A stretch of DNA of 32,000 nt from Thermoproteus tenax Kra 1 (GTDB lineage: Archaea; Thermoproteota; Thermoprotei; Thermoproteales; Thermoproteaceae), in the NCBI RefSeq assembly GCF_000253055.1, contig NC_016070.1, positions 1,560,001 to 1,592,000 on the forward strand, written 5' to 3'. The position numbers and the translations under genes are program-made. Shown here in pieces: positions 1-6,859 of this stretch. The notes below the pieces were generated by a model, which saw nothing but the letters and a program-made list of their open reading frames with translations, was not told the DNA's origin and ran no database searches. How positions within the stretch are numbered: position 1 is the stretch's first letter; each line of letters begins with the position of its first letter.

Positions 1-603
1 TTCGCCGCCCTTAGCGCTGCCGCCGAGAGGAACTCCAATATACTGTATATTATGTATGACAACGAGGCCTATATGAACACCGGCATTCAGAGGAGCAGCG
101 AGACGCCGAAGGGCGCCTGGACTACGACGACTCCGGCGGGCAAGAGGGAGTCCAAGAAGGACGTAGCCCTCATACTTATGGCCCACGATGTCCCCTATGT
201 GGCGACCGCCAGCATCGCCTATCCGCAGGACTTCTACAGGAAGATCAAGAGGGCTTCAGAGATAAAGGGCTTTAAGTTCATACATCTCTTCGCGCCGTGT
301 CCCCCCGGCTGGCTCTTCGACCCCTCGCTGACCGTTGAGGTCGCCAGAAAGGCCGTTGAGACCGGCTTCTTCATACTCTGGGAGTACGACCACGGAGAGC
401 TCAAGCTCAATCCGCCGAGCTCGGCGCTTGTCGATAAAAAACGCAGGAGGCCTCTAACGGAATATCTGAAGCTACAGGGCAGATTCGCCAACTTGACTGA
501 GGAGCAGATAGCTGAGCTAGAGCGCGAGGTAGACCGCAGATGGGAGTTCTTGCTCAGGTTTATGGAAGCCAAGAGGAGAGTGGATGGGGCCGCCGGGATT
601 TGA
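1..603 (+). CDS. porB: 2-oxoacid (pyruvate/ketoisovalerate):ferredoxin oxidoreductase beta subunit, C-terminal part (5' end lies outside the window)
   Basis: Frame 1 is open from base 1 ([36 protein letters not shown]...). It carries the TPP-binding beta-subunit signature [14 protein letters not shown] and ...[10 protein letters not shown]. Stop at 601-603. Confidence 0.85.
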   Translation, partial: FAALSAAAERNSNILYIMYDNEAYMNTGIQRSSETPKGAWTTTTPAGKRESKKDVALILMAHDVPYVATASIAYPQDFYRKIKRASEIKGFKFIHLFAPCPPGWLFDPSLTVEVARKAVETGFFILWEYDHGELKLNPPSSALVDKKRRRPLTEYLKLQGRFANLTEEQIAELEREVDRRWEFLLRFMEAKRRVDGAAGI

Positions 604-706
604 ACTTCCCCCGGCGTCCGCCGTCCGGGGTCACACGGGCTTGCCCGCGGCTGGGTTCGTTCGGCCGCACCGAGCCGTGCGTCCTACCAGGCTAGACTAC
701 GGCCCC
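585..706 (-). tRNA. tRNA-Pro(CGG) with two predicted introns (about 29 nt in the anticodon loop, about 19 nt in the T stem)
   Basis: The reverse complement reads GGGGCCG-TA-GTCT-AGCCTGGTA-GGAC-G-CACGG-CTCGG[29 nt]GC-CCGTG-TGACC-CCGG[19 nt]G-TTCAAAT-CCCGG-CGGCCCC-A. All four stems pair only after removing the bracketed inserts, giving a 74-nt mature form. A TATA-like gtttttaac (726-734) lies about 20 nt upstream. The 3' end overlaps the porB stop on the other strand. Confidence 0.7.
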
Positions 707-849
707 TAACGCTTAGCGCTTCTCAGTTTTTAACTTTTCTCTCGGGCTAAAAGACTTTCAACTTTCGATGCTTCAGTTCTCCTGCTCGGCCCTCCTCTCC
801 AGCCACTTAGAGAACTGAAGAAAATCCACCCGGCTTTTGTAAGTTGCCC

Positions 850-960
850 TCAGACTTCCTGAGTAATAATGAGCGTTGTTAATCCAAAACGAGGCGCATA
901 CATAGCGGCGGCTAGGCCAGCAGGTCCGCCTCCAACCACCGCAGTATCTAGTACTTTGCC
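850..960 (-). pseudogene. N-terminal FAD-binding fragment of a thioredoxin-reductase-like flavoprotein (truncated remnant)
   Basis: ...KVLDTAVVGGGPAGLAAAMYAPRFGLTTLIITQEV* carries the GxGxxG dinucleotide-binding motif typical of TrxR-family N-termini. It stops after about 35 conserved residues. Only about 130 nt remain before the tRNA-Pro promoter. There is no clean start codon, and the upstream part overlaps the end of the dehydrogenase gene. Confidence 0.4.
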
Positions 961-997
961 TCTCAAAGACTCTAATACTTCATCAGCCGGCGAAATG

Positions 998-2566
998 CTA
1001 ATAGACCACCGTCCTGGCTTGCTCCCGTGCGAAGTTAAGGAGGTAATATACCCCATTTACGCCTCTGCCAGTTGCTCCCGAGGCTTTCCAGCCTGTGAAT
1101 GGCTGAGCGCCGGGCCACGCGCCGGTGGTTGCGCCGCCTCTTCTGTTGGCGTACACCACGCCGAACTCGATATGCTCAAAGAAATACTCCACTTCCTTCG
1201 GGTCCTCGGAGAATATGCCGGCGGTTAAGCCGTATTCCGTGTCGTTTGCCTTCCTCACGGCCTCCTCCAGCGTGTCGAACTTATCGACTAGGAGTATGGG
1301 GAGGAACAGCTCTGTCTTCCAGAGGTAGCTGTCGGGGGCTACGCCTTCTATGATGGCCGGCTCTACGTAGAAGCCTTTTGAGAATTCGCCCTCTTCCAGC
1401 ACCCTCCCGCCGTATCTCAACCTGCCGCCGGCCGCCACGGCGTCGGCCACATAGCGCCTGTAGTTCTCCCGCGCCGACTTGTTAATCACGGGGCCGAGGA
1501 AAACCTCCCGCCTCCGCGGGTCGCCTATCTTTACAATCTCCCTAGTCTTCTCCACAAGCCGCTCCACAAACCTGTCGTAGACCTCCCTCTGCACGTAGAG
1601 CCTGCTCGTCGCGGAGCACTTCTGGCCTCCGAAGCCGAAGGCGGCCCTCACAACGCCCTCAGCCGCCTTCTCTAAATCAGCCTTGGCGGTGACTACGGTG
1701 GGGTTTTTCGAGCCCATCTCCAGCACAATTGGCTTAGGCCAGGGCTGTCTCTGGGTGAAGAGGCGGTACAGCCTCATGCCGACGTCGCGTGACCCGGTGA
1801 AGGCTATGCCGGCGACCCTCGGATCGCCAGTAGCCACCTCCTCGACAGCGTCGCCGGGGCCGGTGACGAAGTTTAAAACCCCAGGCGGCACTCCCGCCTC
1901 CACCGCCAGCTGGTACACCAAGGCGGCTGTGAACGGCGCCTCGCTGGTGGGCTTCCAAACAGCGGTGTTCCCCATCAAGAGGACCCCGGTGAGCATTCCC
2001 TTGGCGAGGGCTATGGGGAAGTTGAATGGCGAAATTACAAACCACGCGCCGTACGGCCTCAACACGCTGAGAGGCCTCTCGTTGGGAATCGGAGACCTCA
2101 TCTGCAGCACGTAGCCATCCATCTTGTGTATAAGCTCTACGTAGTACCGCAAAACGTCAATAGCCTCGTGGATCTCCGCCAAGGCCTCAAACCTGTTCTT
2201 CCCCACCTCATACGTGATAGCCGCGGCCAACTTGAATCTATCCCTCTCTATCAAGTCGGCAAGCTTGGCGAGGATCCGTGCCCTCTCTCTCCAGTCTAGC
2301 CTAGACCACTCGGGAAACGCCTCCACGGCTTTTGAAAGAGCGGCTTTGAACTCCTCGGGAGTTCCCCTCTGGAACGTGCCAATTTTTATAGAGGTGTCAA
2401 AGGGGCTCCTCTTTTCAAACTTGCCGCTGGTATATACCTCCTTTCCGCCGATGTAAATCGGCCACTCCCTTCCCAGAAGCTCCCAGACTTCGGAAAGAGC
2501 CTTCTCATACGCAGGGTGTATAGACTCATCGGCCAACACAGAGACGTAGGTAACTTTGCCAGACAT
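998..2566 (-). CDS. 1-pyrroline-5-carboxylate dehydrogenase-type aldehyde dehydrogenase
   Basis: 522 aa counted from ATG 2566. Aldehyde dehydrogenase family with the catalytic-Cys motif FGFGGQKCSATSR and GSKNP. The ATG at 2566 sits about 25 nt downstream of a TATA box, whereas the ORF-track start 2584 would lie inside the promoter. Confidence 0.85.
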   Translation of the reverse strand: MSGKVTYVSVLADESIHPAYEKALSEVWELLGREWPIYIGGKEVYTSGKFEKRSPFDTSIKIGTFQRGTPEEFKAALSKAVEAFPEWSRLDWRERARILAKLADLIERDRFKLAAAITYEVGKNRFEALAEIHEAIDVLRYYVELIHKMDGYVLQMRSPIPNERPLSVLRPYGAWFVISPFNFPIALAKGMLTGVLLMGNTAVWKPTSEAPFTAALVYQLAVEAGVPPGVLNFVTGPGDAVEEVATGDPRVAGIAFTGSRDVGMRLYRLFTQRQPWPKPIVLEMGSKNPTVVTAKADLEKAAEGVVRAAFGFGGQKCSATSRLYVQREVYDRFVERLVEKTREIVKIGDPRRREVFLGPVINKSARENYRRYVADAVAAGGRLRYGGRVLEEGEFSKGFYVEPAIIEGVAPDSYLWKTELFLPILLVDKFDTLEEAVRKANDTEYGLTAGIFSEDPKEVEYFFEHIEFGVVYANRRGGATTGAWPGAQPFTGWKASGATGRGVNGVYYLLNFAREQARTVVY

Positions 2567-2587
2567 AGATAATCTAATTCCCAAGCC

Positions 2588-2595
2588 TTATAAAA
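2588..2595 (-). promoter_or_regulatory. TATA box of the dehydrogenase gene (leaderless)
   Basis: The minus strand reads ttttataa, followed by 21 nt and then ATG (2566). Confidence 0.5.
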
Positions 2596-2923
2596 CTTCT
2601 TTATATATTTTTCTAAAAATTCTAATATATATATAATGTATATTCATATAGAAAATAATACTAGAATTATATGAAGAAGATGAAGAGAACAGCGTCTCTA
2701 TATTCCAGTCATCATAAAACTTCTTTTCGTTCATCGCTAGCAACGCCAGCCACCTCTATTTCACGCTTGGTGTCTCTATTGATTTACCTTGAGCCGCTAG
2801 GACTTAGAAAACTCCTCCTCATATCCGTCCAGGAGGAGGCCTTATAGTTGAAGAATCAGATTGGCGGTCGATTACTGATCTTTGTTGGAACTCTCTACGT
2901 AGGCATTGATGCCGTAGCCGCTC

Positions 2924-3152
2924 CTAATTTTTATCACTGCGGTGCTCGCTCTGCCTCGGGAGCTTCCTCACCTCCTCAAGCCGCGCCTCTACGTCGGACC
3001 TCCGAAACATGCGGACCAGTCTCCCGTATTTGTTGTAGTACTCGCGCGGGCAAGAGAACCCCGAGCTCAACCGCCGCGTCTATCTGGACCGCCAACAGAC
3101 CATAGAGCTTCGCCGCGGCCGTCTTAGAGAGAAGCTCCTCCACGTTAGACAT
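2924..3152 (-). pseudogene. Small helical protein gene interrupted by a frameshift at a 4-nt homopolymer
   Basis: ATG 3152 gives MSNVEELLSKTAAAKLYGLLAVQIDAAVELG.... The protein-like continuation ...REYYNKYGRLVRMFRRSDVEARLEEVRKLPRQSEHRSDKN* is in another frame (stop 2924-2926). Removing one base of the C4/G4 run at 3059-3062 fuses both parts into a roughly 75-aa ORF. Confidence 0.4.
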
Positions 3153-3162
3153 TGCTCCGCAC

Positions 3163-3688
3163 TTAAAAGGCTTTAACGCGGGGATGGTTGAAACTGCTGT
3201 CGACAAAACGTTGCTCCCAGGGCTTCTCCGGGAGCGGGCCGTGTTTCTCCTCGGCGTCTCTTATGGCGTATAGGCGGCAGTCCTCGCCCTTGGGCACCTT
3301 GGTGCAGAAGTCCCTGTGGAGGTTGGGCAGGTCGTCCCAGACGAGGCGGGACAGCGTGGGCCACAGCCGCCAGGCGTGGGCGAACATCTGCCAACAGATA
3401 TGTCTGATCTCGGCCTGGGCCGCGGCCGAGCACCTCAGTGGGACGAAGTTCAGAAGGAGCTCTCTGGCGTTCATCTGGACGGCGAACTTCACCGCGGTGG
3501 CGTTGGGGAGGACCATCCTGGCGTGCTCCGGCCTCCGCCGTTTTGCAAGTGAAGCGAGAGAGTGGAAAGTGGTACATAGGTCAGCGGGAGATGTTGCGAC
3601 CGAGTGGGTTCAGACAGAGCACAGCAACGGTAGTCGCATCGCCAGCTGGCGTCGGACTAGTTGTTGCGGATACTCTCAGCGTTGGCAT
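3163..3688 (-). pseudogene. thyX: Flavin-dependent thymidylate synthase ThyX, decayed (frameshift, internal deletion, signature motif lost)
   Basis: The C-terminal frame reads ...PEHARMVLPNATAVKFAVQMNARELLLNFVPLRCSAAAQAEIRHICWQM..., which matches the conserved ThyX ARxxLP...NxRxLxxFxxLR...AQxEIR region. An SD-like ggaggtg plus ATG at 3688 opens only a 35-codon ORF (MPTLRVSATTSPTPAGDATTVAVLCLNPLGRNISR*) in a different frame. The total span is about 175 codons, shorter than the ThyX sequences I recall. RRR stands where I expected the RHR signature. Confidence 0.6.
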
Positions 3689-3731
3689 AACCTCTTTTTC
3701 ACCTCCCTGTCAACCGTTCCTACTTTAACAG

Positions 3732-3778
3732 AAAAAAAAGGGTTATTGAAAACCGACCTCCTCTCGCCCTGAAGGGCG
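3732..3778 (-). terminator. Hairpin plus T8 tract downstream of the wHTH gene
   Basis: On the minus strand, a cgccc-ttca-gggcg hairpin (3765-3778) is followed about 25 nt later by tttttttt (3732-3739). Oligo-T tracts are the usual archaeal termination signal. Confidence 0.4.
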
Positions 3779-3802
3779 GGGCTTGTTGTTTGCGTTGTCA
3801 CG

Positions 3803-4078
3803 CTACCTCCTCTTTACATCTCTAGGCTCCTCTCCCGTTAGCTCTTTTATAAGCTGGGCGAGCCTAGCCGCGGCCTCTGCCCCCTTGGGCGTCAGCCTCA
3901 GCTCCTCGTCGCCCGTTACGAACCCCCTCTCTTTTAGATACTCCACGTACTGCTGAAAGCGGCTGTAGCTCACCCCGGACAGCAACGCCGTCTCCCTCTT
4001 GCTGCGTCCATCTGCGAGGAGGAGCAGGATTTTCGTCACTACGTAGAGATCAGGATAGAATCTCCCTCGCCTTTTCAT
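3803..4078 (-). CDS. Small winged-helix DNA-binding protein (putative transcription regulator)
   Basis: 91 aa. ...ILLLLADGRSKRETALLSGVSYSRFQQYVEYLKERGFVTGDEELRLTPKGAE... has the helix-turn-helix plus wing pattern of small archaeal wHTH proteins. ATG start; it overlaps the end of the upstream membrane protein gene by 29 nt. Confidence 0.7.
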   Translation of the reverse strand: MKRRGRFYPDLYVVTKILLLLADGRSKRETALLSGVSYSRFQQYVEYLKERGFVTGDEELRLTPKGAEAAARLAQLIKELTGEEPRDVKRR

Positions 4079-4691
4079 AAAACACCTCGGCCCTCCTAGC
4101 CAGCTCGGCTGACCGCATCACAGGCCTCCACGCCAAGACCAACGCAGCCGCCAAGGCGCTGTAGAAGGAGGCGGCCCACAGAGCCGTGTACAAAACCCAG
4201 CCGGCTGACCCCCAGAACACGTCCCCCTTCATAACCATTATAAACCTCCCTCCCGGGGCCATGCTCCCCATGACCATTACGTGGACCTCTGTTACGTTGC
4301 CGACGGGAAACACCGGAGCTCCCTCAATCACTATCAGAGGGGTTGTGTAGAGATACAGCGAGGTGATTGCGACAAACGCAAGCGCCGCGTAGGACGCGAC
4401 GTACAAAACAGGAGCCGCGACGCAGACGCCCCCGCGTCTGTGGAACAGCTCCAGCAGATCCAGCCCCCCGGCCCCCTTCCTCCCGGGGAGAAGGCCGACA
4501 ACCGCGGCGGCCACCGCCGAGGCGGCCGTGGCCGGAAAGACAAAGCCCCCCACGGCGCCTCCAACATAGAGGAGGAACAAGACAGGCAACAGCCATACGT
4601 GAACCAGGGTTAGGTAGAGGAGGAGAGGGGCCCACCTGCACAGACGGAAAAGTAGAGACATGGAGCGGAGAGGGGCTCTGCTTAATATCAT
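4050..4691 (-). CDS. Hypothetical polytopic membrane protein
   Basis: 213 aa with several long hydrophobic segments (LLLYLTLVHVWLLPVLFLLYVGGAVGGFVF, VLYVASYAALAFVAITSLYLY, WVLYTALWAASFYSALAAALVLAW). Same strand as, and tightly packed with, its neighbours. Confidence 0.6.
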   Translation of the reverse strand: MILSRAPLRSMSLLFRLCRWAPLLLYLTLVHVWLLPVLFLLYVGGAVGGFVFPATAASAVAAAVVGLLPGRKGAGGLDLLELFHRRGGVCVAAPVLYVASYAALAFVAITSLYLYTTPLIVIEGAPVFPVGNVTEVHVMVMGSMAPGGRFIMVMKGDVFWGSAGWVLYTALWAASFYSALAAALVLAWRPVMRSAELARRAEVFYEKAREILS

Positions 4692-4746
4692 TTGCAGGAA
4701 AACAAACCGAGACGTCGAGAGAAAAAGATGGGTTTCTGGAGAGGCA

Positions 4747-5556
4747 TTATTGGTAGTATAGCGTTAGTGTGCCCGAATAAGTTATGGAATAGGAGCTGGG
4801 GTTTATCACCACAGGACTAATGTAGTCAGACGGATTTACAGGGAAGGAGGCGGAGGCGCTCTGGCCGTAGCTACATGTGTAGGTTAAGGTTGTCGTGTTC
4901 CAATCTATATACCCGAGGCAGAGAAAGCCCGTGGAGCTCCACGAGACGTTGAACTCCACGTTGACAAGCCCGGTGTAAGGCCCGTAGCCATCTCCAGCGC
5001 CGGGAGATGGCGTGCCGGAGATAGGTTGTGGCGCTTTGATTATGTCTGGACTCGGCTTCTCACCGGCCTGGCCGGCGCCCTCTGCGCCGACTTCCCTCTC
5101 GATCCTCCCCCTAAACAAGATCTTGCCGCTGTCGTCTATCACCAGAAGTGTGCCGTTGGGCAACAACTTGAACTCGGCTCGCCTGGCCTCACCCCCTCTC
5201 ATGACTATGTAGTTAGTTATGGTAATGACCCTCCCACACACTGGCAATACGATGGAGCCGTTTGGCAACAGCCACGTTCTCATTATTATCATTCTAGCCC
5301 TAAACAAGACCCTGCCGCTGTCGTCTATCCACAGAAGTGTGCAGTTTGGCAACAGCCTTACCTCAGCCTTCTTAACCCCCTCCGTTAGGTTCAGCGCAAC
5401 TGTGTGTACACTGCCCTGGGGATCAACCGTCTTCACAACCCCGTTCTCATGTGTGTACGTCATTTTAAACGCGCCGGCGCTCAGGGCAACGGCCATCACT
5501 GCGGCCGCCAGCGCGGCGAGCGCCGCCAGCTTGACCGTTTGGGATTTCTTTTCCAC
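4747..5556 (-). CDS. Secreted/cell-surface protein with internal LLPNG[TS] repeats and many N-x-S/T sequons
   Basis: A GTG at 5556 lies 20 nt downstream of tttatat and gives (M)EKKSQTVKLAALAALAAAVMAVALSAGA-FK, a signal-peptide-like N-terminus. The ORF-track start 5598 is a TTG inside the promoter. The C-terminal part is Ser/Thr/Tyr-rich and beta-like. Confidence 0.65.
   Translation of the reverse strand: MEKKSQTVKLAALAALAAAVMAVALSAGAFKMTYTHENGVVKTVDPQGSVHTVALNLTEGVKKAEVRLLPNCTLLWIDDSGRVLFRARMIIMRTWLLPNGSIVLPVCGRVITITNYIVMRGGEARRAEFKLLPNGTLLVIDDSGKILFRGRIEREVGAEGAGQAGEKPSPDIIKAPQPISGTPSPGAGDGYGPYTGLVNVEFNVSWSSTGFLCLGYIDWNTTTLTYTCSYGQSASASFPVNPSDYISPVVINPSSYSITYSGTLTLYYQ
5101..5367 (-). repeat. 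Intragenic duplication (two 78-nt units 189 nt apart, plus a weaker third unit between them)
   Basis: AEVRLLPNCTLLWIDDSGRVLFRARM (5290-5367) versus AEFKLLPNGTLLVIDDSGKILFRGRI (5101-5178). The intervening TWLLPNGSIVLPVCGRV repeats the LLPNG[ST] core. Confidence 0.8.
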
Positions 5557-5909
5557 GCCCGCCGCTGTGCCGGGACATATAAACCTTGCATATTCCAAGT
5601 CTACAACAGCGGCGGAGATACAACGTAAAACACGACAAATAGGACGGGGCGGTAGGTGCCACCCCGTCTAGACCCGCGGCGCGGTGCTCTCTCACATTTA
5701 TCCAGCGGCGCCGGCGTCTCAGCCGCAACCGCGGCTCGGCCTGATCGATTCACGACGCCGGCGTCATCCCAGGTGCGTAGCTAGAAGACCTCGGGTCCCC
5801 CCTATCAGCTGGCCCTGGCTCCAGGCTCTTTGGACCCTGGCTGTAGGCGCCGGCGGCTTGGGGCGTAGATACGTCGGACGACGAAATGCTATAGCATTAC
5901 GAAGAAAAC

Positions 5910-5917
5910 TATTTAAT
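5910..5917 (+). promoter_or_regulatory. TATA box of tRNA-Thr(GGT)
   Basis: tatttaat is centred about 25 nt upstream of the tRNA 5' end at 5939. Confidence 0.5.
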
Positions 5918-5938
5918 CAGCTCCTTACTGTCATAAAG

Positions 5939-6030
5939 GCCCCGGTAGCTCAGCCTGGTGGAGCGCCTCACTGGTAATGGTGGTTGACCGCCTAGTGAGG
6001 AGGTCCCGGGTTCGAATCCCGGCCGGGGCT
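5939..6030 (+). tRNA. tRNA-Thr(GGT) with one 18-nt intron in or next to the anticodon loop
   Basis: GCCCCGG-TA-GCTC-AGCCTGGTG-GAGC-G-CCTCA-CTGGTAA[18 nt]-TGAGG-AGGTC-CCGGG-TTCGAAT-CCCGG-CCGGGGC-T. All stems are Watson-Crick. Confidence 0.9.
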
Positions 6031-6859
6031 CTGGCTTTCCCTTTCATCTACGGTGTGTGAAATCGTTTGTGTCTACCCCCTACAGACTTCTTTGAAACGA
6101 TGGGCTTCAGTTCTACTCTGCGGCTATCTCTTTGGCTTGAGCCTCCCGTAGGCTTGTATGCCCATTTTGTTATGGTGGGCTTCCTCGGTGGGACCTCCTC
6201 TACAGCCCCCGCCCTCTTCTTCGGCAAACTCCCAGTTGGCGACGCGGCCCTATGTAGCACATGCCCCGAACCTCCTCGAGTTAGCCAGCGACGCCTAGCC
6301 CCTGCCCAGGCGAAGCTAGAGCTGGCTGGGTGGCGGAATACGTCATAAGATGTAGAAAGAATAAACCTGTCCTTAAGTATGCCCTCGCCTTTATGACTAG
6401 GGCGGCGAGTTTGCGACAGCTTCTCCGGCCTCGGCCAACGCCGCTACTTACCTTTGTCCTCGTGGTCGGGGCCTACGTAGGGCTCCAGGGGTCTATAAGA
6501 TAAATATCGCTTATGGGGAGGCTGAGGCGGGCTCGACGTAGTTTATCCAATATGCGAGGAATCTAAAACGAGCAGCCCAGCGCTTCATCAGCCGCTGAGG
6601 TCATCCCTTGGGCTCCGCCAAGGTGGGTAGACGCCTTCGTCGCGCGGGGGACGGCCGAGAGGGTAACACAGAGGCGCGGAAGCCTCCGTGGAGCTCCGCC
6701 TAGTTGGCCCTGAACAGGCAAAGGGGCGGCGGAGGGCGCGCCTAACGTGCCGAGAGGCGCCGAGGTCCTTAGTTTTATATTTAGAACAAATCCCCTTTAA
6801 TCTAGAGCAATAGATCCACGAGAATAATCCTTTTTAAGTTCGAAATATGAAACTAGGCG

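Noticed and set aside
234-2456. Numerous antisense or out-of-frame ORFs overlapping porB and the dehydrogenase: 234..572, 869..1228, 1099..1353, 1125..1328, 1683..2114, 1734..2045 and 2214..2456. The same kind of ORF overlaps aIF2-gamma, the PNP gene, mvk, P0, L1, L11, pyrG, SQR and others.
   Set aside because: Long stop-free alternative frames are expected in G+C-rich coding DNA. Their products are Arg/Pro/Gly/Ser-rich or low-complexity, and each is fully covered by a gene with a clear family signature.
2590-2720. A/T-rich block as a replication origin.
   Set aside because: There is no orc1/cdc6 gene in the window and no repeated origin-recognition-box-like elements. Only a single partial ttccagt was seen. 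The block is adequately explained as promoter DNA.
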